Source of the DNA: Verrucomicrobiota bacterium | GTDB taxonomy: Bacteria > Verrucomicrobiota > Verrucomicrobiia > Opitutales > Cerasicoccaceae | Direction of reading: 5' to 3' | Assembly (NCBI GenBank): GCA_039818205.1 | Contig: JBCBUK010000017.1 | Location: forward strand, 13,048-77,047 | DNA: 64,000 nucleotides | Shown here: in pieces, positions 55,573 through 64,000 of the stretch | Layout of the letters: every line of letters starts with the position of its first letter | How positions within the stretch are numbered: the stretch's first letter is position 1 | Notes under the pieces: generated by a model | Told to the model about the DNA's origin: nothing | Databases searched by the model: none | The model's input: only the letters and a program-made list of their open reading frames with translations | Made by a program: the position numbers and the translations under genes

Positions 55573-56115
55573 ATGAAGAAAAGTTTGATCCTCGTCACTG
55601 CAGCGTTTGCTTCCATGCAAACGCTGTCGGCTGGCCTCTTACAGTTGGACAACATCACCGGAATGTTCACCGATGGTCCGCTCACCGGAACTTCGATTGA
55701 GGGTTTCATCGAAGTTGAAGACAATGGTTTGATTACTGGAACCGCCGACACGACACCACTTACCATGGGTGATGGTGTCATCGTCGATCTTGGTTTCGAG
55801 TTTAGCACACCCGATTTGGTGTTCTTCGACCTGTTCGATGACCTGGACCCGTTTATTACCTTTAGCAACGGTCAGATAACTGGCATTGACTATTTCGGTA
55901 GTAATCTTGACGGCGAATTCCTGGATGTGACCTATGACGCGTTCCAGCCGGATCTAGCTTCGGGGATCGCGATTCAGTTTGAGGACGCTTTGGGCAATGT
56001 ATCGACCGGTGTTCTCGACCTGCCGGTCAATGTTCCCGAGCCTTCGACATATGCCTTGATTGCTGGTGTTTCGGCGCTCGTGGTTCTACGGATGCGTCGC
56101 CGGGCTAAGGCCTAA
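55573..56115 (+). CDS. PEP-CTERM sorting-domain protein
   Basis: Signal peptide MKKSLILVTAAFASMQTLSA; C-terminus VPEPSTYALIAGVSALVVLRMRRRAKA. Confidence 0.95.
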   Translation: MKKSLILVTAAFASMQTLSAGLLQLDNITGMFTDGPLTGTSIEGFIEVEDNGLITGTADTTPLTMGDGVIVDLGFEFSTPDLVFFDLFDDLDPFITFSNGQITGIDYFGSNLDGEFLDVTYDAFQPDLASGIAIQFEDALGNVSTGVLDLPVNVPEPSTYALIAGVSALVVLRMRRRAKA

Positions 56116-56133
56116 CCAAAAAACGATTTAAAA

Positions 56134-57285
56134 ATGCACAGCCGGTGCACATTTGGAACGAGCTCTTTGGATTTTGTTCTGAATGTGCACCGCCTTTTTT
56201 TTACGCTATTTCTCGGGTTGATGCTTAATGCGAACCTGTTCGCTGACCAGATGGTGCTGGAGCTCGATGCCGAACGGGATACCGCTATTTTCGAAGGTCT
56301 CGATACCAGCAGCGGAATCGGCACCTTATTTATCGGAAGAGTTGGAAGCCAAGGTGATTCGACTCGGCGCCGAGCTTTGATCGCGTTTGATATCGCTCAA
56401 GACATGCCTGCTGATTCCGTTGTTTTGTCAGCGACTTTACAGTTTCATGTTCCTCAAGTGAGGATTCTCTCGGACAAGCTATTCACGATTCACCGCGCAT
56501 ATGCAGAATGGGGTGAAGGAACGTCGTTCGCGACTAAAGGAGTAGGTGTTGCGGCAACTGCAAATGATGCCACGTGGGACGAGCGTGTCTTTGACGAGGT
56601 TCCGGTCGAACTTTGGCAGTCACCGGGGGGCGATTTTGTCGATGAGATTTCGGCTGCTGGAATCGTCAACGATATCGGCGTTTATCGCGTTTCGAGCCTG
56701 CAGTTGGCGAAAGACGTCCAAGATTGGATTGATGGCAGCAAGGAGAACTTCGGTTGGTTCATCGTGGGAGATGAGCGTGCTGAAGGAACCGCTCTTCACA
56801 TTACCAACCGTGAAGCGCTCGTAAACACGCCGAAACTGGAGGTCGTTTTTCTGACCCCGCCAATGATCCCACGCCGTGAACAATGGCTAATCGAGTTTAC
56901 AGGATCCAACGACGAAATCAGCGACTTGGGTGATCTAGACTTCGATGGTGTTCTCAACGGATTTGAGTATTCACGCGCGTCGAACCCAAATGAGTTAGAG
57001 CCGGCAGAAGTTGTGATTCCTATCTCAGAGAACTCGTTCTCATTTATACGCGACCCTCGCGCACGCGACTTAACTTACCGTCTAGAGTTTAGTGAAGACT
57101 TATCAATTTGGGATCAAGTCCTGGTGAGCGAAGGGGGTCGTATACCTGAGGTGATTTCTGGATTTAGATACTCTGAAATTTCAGTGATCGGTTCTGAACC
57201 AGTACGAGAGGTTCTGGTGTTTGAAGGTGAGGATCCTGTAACGAAAAGATATCAATTTGCACGTTTAGTTATTGAACGCAACTAG
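56134..57285 (+). CDS. Secreted DNRLRE-domain protein
   Basis: DAERDTAIFE, LFIGR...RRRALIAFDI, W..PGGDF, VQDWIDG..ENFGW, PKLEV; C-terminal DLDFDG..NGFEY...SNP; the start may be GTG 56185. Confidence 0.8.
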   Translation: MHSRCTFGTSSLDFVLNVHRLFFTLFLGLMLNANLFADQMVLELDAERDTAIFEGLDTSSGIGTLFIGRVGSQGDSTRRRALIAFDIAQDMPADSVVLSATLQFHVPQVRILSDKLFTIHRAYAEWGEGTSFATKGVGVAATANDATWDERVFDEVPVELWQSPGGDFVDEISAAGIVNDIGVYRVSSLQLAKDVQDWIDGSKENFGWFIVGDERAEGTALHITNREALVNTPKLEVVFLTPPMIPRREQWLIEFTGSNDEISDLGDLDFDGVLNGFEYSRASNPNELEPAEVVIPISENSFSFIRDPRARDLTYRLEFSEDLSIWDQVLVSEGGRIPEVISGFRYSEISVIGSEPVREVLVFEGEDPVTKRYQFARLVIERN

Positions 57286-57470
57286 CTTGCTTAAGGCGAT
57301 AAGATCTTCGTTGAAACGCTCAGCTCAGTGCCCGGAAGTCGGGTCTAAAGTTCGCTTTTTCCTGGGGTGTTTCCAGATTGTTACACTTGGGAAACAATAG
57401 CAAATCGAGTCGAAACCTTTCGGCCAAAGTGCCGAAAAATGACATATCTCTTTTGTGCTTCGCTATCTTC

Positions 57471-59120
57471 ATGATGAAGAATTCTCTCTTACCTTTTCTA
57501 CTGCTTTCGATATTCTCGTTGTCACCCTTGACCTGGTCGCAAACTGAATCGCCGACGGGCCAATCTGATGATCGGCTCTTGATCCTTGAGTCGCTGCAAG
57601 CTTCGCTGTCTACGAAGAAAGAACAGTTGGCGCGCCTGGAAGAGGACCTGGCCAATGCGACGAACGACACCCAACGCGATGCAACTGCCCAGCGAATCAA
57701 TACCGCAGCGAATGAGTTTATCGATTTGAATCGAAAGTTCGAGGAGACCGCATCCGGGGTTAATTTAGGCCTCTTTGATGAGGATATTGAGCAGGCCTTT
57801 TCCTGGGAGCATGAACTGGGGAAGTTGTTGAAACCGGTATTTTCCGAGTTGAACGAAGCAACCGCTGAAAGCCGGAACATAAGCGATCTCCGCGATACGA
57901 TCGAAACTTTCTCTGACAAAGCTTCCGCGGCGGACGAAGCAATTGAAAATATTGAAACAATTCTCAAGGGGCAGGTTCCAGACAGCTTGATAGCCTCGCT
58001 TGAGTCCCAGCTGCAGGTTTGGAATCGGCGGTCTGAAATTTCGAAAAACCAGGCTTATGCCGCTGAACTCCAGCTGAAAGATCTGCTAGCAAAGCAGGAG
58101 TCGCTCTTGGATAGCTCAACTGGGTTTGCGCAGGACTTTATGAAGTCTCGTGGGTTGAGTATTCTGCTCGCAGTCATCGCGTTCGTCGCGACTTATTGGG
58201 CGATCCGCGTCGTCTACAAAGCCTGGCTGAAAACTCAACCAGTACAAAAACATGCGACCTTTTCTCGGAGGCTTGTTGGGTTGTTGGTCAAGGTTGGGAG
58301 CATTTTGTTCGGTACTCTGGCGATCATTATTGTTTTCAATTTACGAAACGATTGGTTTCTACTCGGCATCTCGACGATCTTCCTCCTTGGGGCGGCCTGG
58401 GCAGGATTGCGAGCACTGCCACAGTTCATCGATGCGATCTATTTGATCCTCAATCTTGGGCCGGTCCGCGAAGGTGAGATTATTGAATTTGATGGACTGA
58501 TGTGGCGAGTCGACACGATTGGCTTCAAATCAGATTTGGTGAACGATCGCCTTGAGAGCGGACATTTGCGTGTGCCATTCCGCAATCTGCTCGACAAGAT
58601 CTCACGTCCAGCGAGCGACACCGAAGTGCTTTTCCCGACACGGAAAGGCGACTGGGTGTTACTCAATGATTCACTCGCGGAGGTCATCGCCCAGAACCCA
58701 AATCACGTTACCATCTGTGAAGAGGGATGTGGGGAAACGTTTTATCCGTCCACTGAGTTTATCGGAGCAACTCCCATAAATCTATCAAACGGTTACCGCG
58801 TCGAGGCGACGTTTGGCGTCGACTACTCGCATCAGGCGATCGCTACCACGACGATTCCGGCAGCAATGCTCGATCGCCTCCAAGCAGAGATTCCAAAAGT
58901 GATTCCCGCGGAGCTCATCGTGAACTATACGGTCGATTTTGCCAACGCCTCGGCTTCATCGTTGGACTACGAAATCGAAATCGATTTGAAGGGTGGGGCG
59001 GCTAAGGACTACGAAACCCTTACCTTTGCCATCCAGCGTATCCTGGTCGAACTTTGCAGTGAAAAGCAATGGAACATCCCGTTCCCCCAATTAACCATCA
59101 CGAAAAACTCAAACTCATAA
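57471..59120 (+). CDS. MscS-like mechanosensitive channel family protein with N-terminal periplasmic coiled coil
   Basis: Signal peptide, heptad region, three TM helices, G.VREGE.IEFDG..WRV..IG beta-domain, C-terminal IPFPQ. Confidence 0.78.
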   Translation: MMKNSLLPFLLLSIFSLSPLTWSQTESPTGQSDDRLLILESLQASLSTKKEQLARLEEDLANATNDTQRDATAQRINTAANEFIDLNRKFEETASGVNLGLFDEDIEQAFSWEHELGKLLKPVFSELNEATAESRNISDLRDTIETFSDKASAADEAIENIETILKGQVPDSLIASLESQLQVWNRRSEISKNQAYAAELQLKDLLAKQESLLDSSTGFAQDFMKSRGLSILLAVIAFVATYWAIRVVYKAWLKTQPVQKHATFSRRLVGLLVKVGSILFGTLAIIIVFNLRNDWFLLGISTIFLLGAAWAGLRALPQFIDAIYLILNLGPVREGEIIEFDGLMWRVDTIGFKSDLVNDRLESGHLRVPFRNLLDKISRPASDTEVLFPTRKGDWVLLNDSLAEVIAQNPNHVTICEEGCGETFYPSTEFIGATPINLSNGYRVEATFGVDYSHQAIATTTIPAAMLDRLQAEIPKVIPAELIVNYTVDFANASASSLDYEIEIDLKGGAAKDYETLTFAIQRILVELCSEKQWNIPFPQLTITKNSNS

Positions 59121-59124
59121 TACT

Positions 59125-59337
59125 ATGAATATCGATAACGCAGTAGATAAGGCCTTTGAAGGCAAAACCCTTAAGGAAATCAGTGCAGCTCCAGTCGACG
59201 CCATTCAAGGTGTTTCTGAAGGCGACGCCGAGTTGTTGGCCAAAGCCTTCAATATCAAAACGGTCAGCGACCTAGGCACCAATAAGTTCTTCGTTTGGGC
59301 GCAAGCGATCACCGTGCTCGCCGAGAAAGAGAGTTAG
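59125..59337 (+). CDS. Conserved small hypothetical protein (70 aa, helix-hairpin-helix-like)
   Basis: DKAFEGKTLKEISAAPVDAIQGVSEGDAELLAKAFNIKTVSDLGTNKFF; I recall similar small proteins in Actinobacteria and others; it is followed by its own terminator. Confidence 0.8.
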   Translation: MNIDNAVDKAFEGKTLKEISAAPVDAIQGVSEGDAELLAKAFNIKTVSDLGTNKFFVWAQAITVLAEKES

Positions 59338-59362
59338 AGCAAAATCGTGTTTGTCTTTTCTG

Positions 59363-59388
59363 GGCACCTCGCATGAGGTGCTTTTTTT
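59363..59388 (+). terminator. Rho-independent terminator
   Basis: gcacctc-gcat-gaggtgc + ttttttt. Confidence 0.82.
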
Positions 59389-59550
59389 GCGTCATGCTGC
59401 TCTAAAGGCCTGAGTCTTGGGGCTCAGATTGATTTGCCAGCCGAAGAAGTTATCGGTGATGCAGCGAAGCGACGTTTGCACAGACAGCTATTACATTCAC
59501 GATAGCAATCTAGTCTGATCAAATGTCGCCTACTAATATTAAGAAAAATT

Positions 59551-59920
59551 TGGTGGAGGTGGCGGGAGTCGAACCCGCGTGTTCGGAGGTTTCAATTAAA
59601 GCGTCTACAGGATTAGTCTGTTTTTTAAATTCGAGTTATCGGCGCGAACAGACACGCTTCGATTCCTCTAGAAACCTGTGAGATACGGCGGATTCCCGGT
59701 CACCCGAAACCAACTATACCCGCTAGCTGACGCCTCATTCCCTTAGCGAGCATCCGGGGTGAGACGAGGCTGAACTAAGCAGCCATAAGCTCGCCCTGAG
59801 GAGCGAACTCGACGATATTATTTTCGCCAATTGTAGTGTGATGGATTTGATACGGAGCCAACCATCATCTCCGTCCTGCAGCCATAACCTACGGCTCCGA
59901 GTCGAATCCGGAACACCCCC
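59551..59920 (-). ncRNA. ssrA: tmRNA (SsrA), one-piece; tag (A)GENNIVEFAPQGELMAA
   Basis: Minus strand 5' GGGGGTGTTCCGGATTCGAC ... 3' GCGGGTTCGACTCCCGCCACCTCCACCA with G3:U70; tag ORF 59828-59775 ends GCT GCT TAG. Confidence 0.95.
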
Positions 59921-60174
59921 AAGTGAATACTTGGGTAGGCAAAACAGCTGAATGCCTATCAAAGATCAATGGAATATACGAACATGCCTTTAACTGGATG
60001 TCAAGTGCGAGCGGCAGCTCTGAGGCTCGGAGAGTTGCTAATGACTCATGTAAGTGATTCTACTTTAGGGCCATAGGTCGGTATCGTGTCCTTAAAAACT
60101 ATCATAAGATATGCTGCTCCGTGCTTGCTTTCCGGCGATAGTTGATCCATACATATCAGTGTTGGGGTATTACT

Positions 60175-60702
60175 ATGGGGTATTTAAAACAGGCATTGCT
60201 ATGTACTGCGTGGCTTCTGGGGGGAAGCTTCGTGTATGGACTGACTTTGGAGTCGTCCGCATTCGTGGATGGTGGGGAATTACCCGCCATGTATGCTGCG
60301 GCTGACTCGGAAACATCGCCACCGGTGAATTGGGATGGTGCGCCGCGGCGTACCAAAACCTATGCGATCGTTGCAGATCGCCTCGGTTCGCAAGGGGAGG
60401 CCGTTGTCCATTGGGTGATCTATAACATTCCGGTTCGCGACTCTCACATCGCTGAGGGCGCTTACGTTGTTTTCAACGGATCAACCCGTGAAGCTCAGAC
60501 CGGCCTCAACAGCTGGGCGAAAGCGGCCTGGACAGGTCCTGACGCAGCGAAGGGCAGTGGAGAATTGCGCATTCGATTGTTCGCACTGGACCGCAAGCTG
60601 ACTTTCCAGACTCAGCCGGATGCGGTGGCACTTTTTGAAGCAATGGACGGATATGTTCTCGATGTTGCGGAGATTGTCGCCGTCAGCGCCAACGAATCTT
60701 AG
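60175..60702 (+). CDS. YbhB/YbcL (PEBP, Raf kinase inhibitor-like) family protein, exported
   Basis: LTLESSAFVDGGELP..Y......SPPVNW..AP..TKTYAIV, VHWVIYNIP, RLFALD. Confidence 0.88.
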   Translation: MGYLKQALLCTAWLLGGSFVYGLTLESSAFVDGGELPAMYAAADSETSPPVNWDGAPRRTKTYAIVADRLGSQGEAVVHWVIYNIPVRDSHIAEGAYVVFNGSTREAQTGLNSWAKAAWTGPDAAKGSGELRIRLFALDRKLTFQTQPDAVALFEAMDGYVLDVAEIVAVSANES

Positions 60703-60719
60703 TCCGGCTTTCTCTGAGC

Positions 60720-61595
60720 TTGAACTGCGACGAGGAGCACGATTCATCTAGGAGCGTGAGATCTTCGGCGAAGTTTATCGCAGATTTGGTGACCCGGTGG
60801 ATGCGGGCCGACGGCTTTGGCCAGTCGGCCGCCATGTCTTTCTACACGCTGTTTTCCTTCGCGCCGATCACGGTATTCGCGATGTTGATCGCGGGACATT
60901 TCTTGGGGGAGAAGAGCGCTCAGAAGGCGGCCGCCGATTGGCTCGATGGTTTCCTGGCTCGTTCTGAGGCTGACGCAATGGTCAAAATGCTGACGCCTTC
61001 GGCCTTCGATGACCAAGGATGGCTCTTTGCGCTTATCTCTGGAATCACGCTGTTTTGGGCCGCAACGCTGATTTTTGTCCGCCTGCGCATCAGCATCAAT
61101 GTGCTCCTTGGGCACAAAAGTAAAACGGTTAGACAAGCGGTTAAGCGGAGCTTGATGGGGCGCTTGGTCGCGCTTTCGTTCACGCTTGGAGCGGGTTTGT
61201 TGTTGATTGGCGGCATTTTGCTGACCTCATTGGCCCCAAAGATTGTGGAGCTGATCATCCCGTTTGCTTCCTCCCGAATTGGAATTTTGATCTATGGAAT
61301 CAACGCTATAATCTTCTTTCTGTCGGTGGCCGCGATCATGCGTTTTTTCGCGGTCAAAGCACCCTCATGGCGGGCTATCCTCTGGGGAACATCCTTTGTC
61401 TTAGTGGCGTTCGAACTCGGAAGAATCCTCGTGAATCTCTACCTTGAGCGCAGCGAAATCGCGTCAGCATACGGTGCGGCAAACACCTTGGTGATCTTTC
61501 TTCTTTGGATTTACTACTCGTCGCAGATGCTTCTATTCGGTGTCACGATTGCCGGTGTTCTTGATGCTCCTGACACCGAAACCCAAGAAGGATGA
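60720..61595 (+). CDS. YihY/virulence factor BrkB family membrane protein
   Basis: AAMSFYTLFSFAP, YL..S...SAYGAA..LVIFLLWIYYSSQMLLFG. Confidence 0.93.
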   Translation: MNCDEEHDSSRSVRSSAKFIADLVTRWMRADGFGQSAAMSFYTLFSFAPITVFAMLIAGHFLGEKSAQKAAADWLDGFLARSEADAMVKMLTPSAFDDQGWLFALISGITLFWAATLIFVRLRISINVLLGHKSKTVRQAVKRSLMGRLVALSFTLGAGLLLIGGILLTSLAPKIVELIIPFASSRIGILIYGINAIIFFLSVAAIMRFFAVKAPSWRAILWGTSFVLVAFELGRILVNLYLERSEIASAYGAANTLVIFLLWIYYSSQMLLFGVTIAGVLDAPDTETQEG

Positions 61596-61707
61596 GGCGC
61601 CGCGTCCGTAATCCGGGATCAAGACTCGCAGGTAACTGCAATTGGCTTGCGTTGATTCAGTCCGCTTGTTTCGATGCGCGGTTTCGCCCTATTTGAGGCG
61701 CATAGCT

Positions 61708-62808
61708 ATGGAAGGAATCCCGGACATTGAACCATTTCGCAGGCGACGTAATGAGCTCGACGAGCTCATGGCGCAGCCCGACTTTTTCTCCGACCAACGG
61801 AAATCCGCCGATGTGTCGCGGGAGCATACCCACATTTCTAAGCTGATCGATCTCTATGATCGCTTGGCGAAGGTTGAGCGCGAGCTCGAGGAAAACCGCT
61901 TGATGGCCGAGGACGAATCTGCGGATCCCGAATTTCGTGAGCTTGCTGCCGAAGAGGTTGCGGCATCGGAGGCCAATTACGAGCCCTACAAGCAAGAGCT
62001 GCTCCTGGCGATGTTGCCGCCGGATCCAACCGATTCGCGCAATACGATCGTCGAAGTCCGGGGCGGAGCCGGTGGTGATGAAGCCAACATTTTTGCGGGT
62101 GACCTCTATCGGATGTATCAGCGTTATGCCGACCGTATGGGTTGGCGGATCGAGCCGATGGGCATCAACGAGTCGGACATGGGCGGCTTCCGCGAAGTTG
62201 CATTCCTGATTACCGGAGAGGATGTCTACAAGCGCATGAAATACGAGAGCGGCGTCCACCGGGTTCAACGAGTTCCCGAGACAGAGTCTCAAGGGCGAAT
62301 CCACACCTCGACTGCGACGGTGGCAGTGTTGCCCGAGGCAGAAGAAGTCGACGTTGAAATTCGCCAGGAAGACCTTGAAATTAATACGATTCGAGCCAGT
62401 GGAGCCGGTGGACAACACGTCAACAAAACAGAATCGGCAATCCAACTAACGCACAAGCCCAGTGGAATCATGGTTTACTGTGCGGATGAGCGGTCGCAGC
62501 TGAAAAACAAGAACAAGGCGATGAAGGTCTTGCGGTCCCGTTTGCTTGAACAAAAGCAAAAAGAAGAGGCGGAGAAGTATGCCGAACACCGCCGTAGCCA
62601 GGTTGGCACGGGCGATCGGTCGGAGCGTATTCGCACCTACAATTTTCCCCAAAGTCGGCTCACAGATCACCGCATTGGTCTGACGGTTCATTCCTTGGCT
62701 CAAATCATGGAAGGTGAAATCGACGAGATGATTGATGCCCTGGCGACGGCCGACAACGAAGCGCGCCTCGCAGCCCTGCTGAAGGCCAACGAAACTCAAG
62801 AAGTTTGA
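61708..62808 (+). CDS. prfA: Peptide chain release factor 1
   Basis: [23 protein letters not shown] (PxT), [29 protein letters not shown]; start at ATG 61708. Confidence 0.98.
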   Translation: MEGIPDIEPFRRRRNELDELMAQPDFFSDQRKSADVSREHTHISKLIDLYDRLAKVERELEENRLMAEDESADPEFRELAAEEVAASEANYEPYKQELLLAMLPPDPTDSRNTIVEVRGGAGGDEANIFAGDLYRMYQRYADRMGWRIEPMGINESDMGGFREVAFLITGEDVYKRMKYESGVHRVQRVPETESQGRIHTSTATVAVLPEAEEVDVEIRQEDLEINTIRASGAGGQHVNKTESAIQLTHKPSGIMVYCADERSQLKNKNKAMKVLRSRLLEQKQKEEAEKYAEHRRSQVGTGDRSERIRTYNFPQSRLTDHRIGLTVHSLAQIMEGEIDEMIDALATADNEARLAALLKANETQEV

Positions 62809-62835
62809 TAATACGGCTCTCGGGCCCAGCTGCTT

Positions 62836-63732
62836 ATGCCGTCCTTGACTCGACGATCGCCGGCGAAAATCAATCTGCTGCTCGCCATTACCGGTAAGCG
62901 CGATGACGGATTTCACGACCTTGTAAGCTTAGTCACGCCGATTGAGTTTGGCGATGACATCACGGTCACCTTGAAGCCCGATGGGGCGGGCGATCAACTA
63001 ACCTGCAATTTTCCGGGTGTGCCTACTGATGATTCGAATCTCGCAATGAAGGCGCTCGTCGCCTTCCGCGCGGCCCATTCGTTTTCAGGTAGTGTTACCA
63101 TTGATCTTGAAAAACGCATCCCAGCGGGAGCGGGCCTTGGCGGCGGAAGTAGCAACGCGTCAATCGTTCTGACAGCGATCAATGACCTCTGCGGTAAGCC
63201 GCTTTCGAATGAACAATTAATCGAGATCGCCGCAACGATCGGTTCCGACTGCCCGCTGTTTCTTGCCGGTAGGCCAGTCGTGATGCGGGGCAGGGGGGAA
63301 CGGTTGGATTTTCTACCAAAACCGGCAGAGGAAGTTGTTGCTGATCAACGAATTATCGTATTCAAGCCAAACTTTGGTGTCGAGACTGGATGGGCTTACG
63401 GCCAGATGAAGAAGCACGGCGGTTGGTATGTCGGTGCCGATCGTGTTGAGGGTATACTCGCCAATTGGCTTAGCGATCCCCAGCGTGTTGAGTTACCGCT
63501 GGTGAACAACATGCAGGAGCCCGCGTTTGCAAAGTTTCAGGGACTGCCCGCGGTCCTTGAGCTGATTCGTGAGCGGCACAATTTGCGCTGTTTGATGAGT
63601 GGTAGCGGCAGCGCGTGTTTTGTGTTACTTGATGGTGACACAGATGGGGGTAAAGTTAAGAAAAGCATCCTTGAGTGTCTGGGTGAAGCATGCTTTTGTG
63701 TTGAAACACGAACCGCTGTACTCCCAAATTAG
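62836..63732 (+). CDS. ispE: 4-diphosphocytidyl-2-C-methyl-D-erythritol kinase
   Basis: PAKINLLL.I.GKRDDGFHDL, KRIP.GAGLGGGSSNA, IGSDCP.F, LMSGSGS. Confidence 0.97.
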   Translation: MPSLTRRSPAKINLLLAITGKRDDGFHDLVSLVTPIEFGDDITVTLKPDGAGDQLTCNFPGVPTDDSNLAMKALVAFRAAHSFSGSVTIDLEKRIPAGAGLGGGSSNASIVLTAINDLCGKPLSNEQLIEIAATIGSDCPLFLAGRPVVMRGRGERLDFLPKPAEEVVADQRIIVFKPNFGVETGWAYGQMKKHGGWYVGADRVEGILANWLSDPQRVELPLVNNMQEPAFAKFQGLPAVLELIRERHNLRCLMSGSGSACFVLLDGDTDGGKVKKSILECLGEACFCVETRTAVLPN

Positions 63733-63845
63733 CACGCTCGTCGCTGGTTTCTAGGTGCAAGGTTTTATCTTGCCTGTATCGTATTGCCTCCCAATCTTTT
63801 ACTATTCACTTACGTCTGTATTTTTTTGCTACCGATAGCTGATTG

Positions 63846-64000
63846 ATGGAATCAAAAACGTCTAAAGAAATCGTCCTGGAAGGGGTTGCGGCCTCTCCCG
63901 GTGTGGCGCATGGACTGGCGTTTGTGATTTTGCAGAAGGAGCTCGAGATCCCGGTATATGAAGTTCCGGAAGAGCAGGTAGAGCACGAAAAGGAGCGCTT
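63846..64000 (+). CDS. ptsI: PTS Enzyme I (phosphoenolpyruvate-protein phosphotransferase), 5' part only
   Basis: MESKTSKEIVLEGVAASPGVAHGLAFV...EHEKERF matches the EI N-terminus; runs off the window. Confidence 0.78.
   Translation, partial: MESKTSKEIVLEGVAASPGVAHGLAFVILQKELEIPVYEVPEEQVEHEKER

Noticed and set aside
59735-59962. 75-aa minus-strand ORF
   Set aside because: It lies within the tmRNA gene; the only coding part there is the tag in another frame

Overview
Core-chromosome window of a Verrucomicrobia-like bacterium, probably Opitutales/Puniceicoccaceae and probably aquatic. This is inferred from a PEP-CTERM protein, a secretin-N0-like domain, acidic secreted proteins and gene style. 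Housekeeping genes (typA, ileS-dksA-lspA, pyc, recF, xerC, rpsB-tsf, prfA-ispE-ptsI, tRNA-Gln, tRNA-fMet, tmRNA) are interleaved with secreted redox and nutrient-scavenging genes. Main points of interest: (1) a ~3270-aa secreted multi-phosphatase with two tandem PhoX domains inserted inside one cadherin domain, then EEP, 5'-nucleotidase and choice-of-anchor-I domains, transcribed divergently from an imelysin + di-heme iron-uptake pair with a Fur-like box between them; (2) a lactoperoxidase-like heme peroxidase preceded by a CusR/HprR-type box and followed by a CusRS-like two-component system; (3) a di-heme cytochrome fused to CBM56-like beta-1,3-glucan-binding modules; (4) adjacent IleRS and DksA that have both lost 3 of 4 zinc-finger cysteines; (5) an internally deleted SDR with twin TetR operators; (6) non-canonical tRNA acceptor ends. 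No CRISPR array, transposase or prophage was seen. All domain calls come from motif recognition by eye, not database searches.
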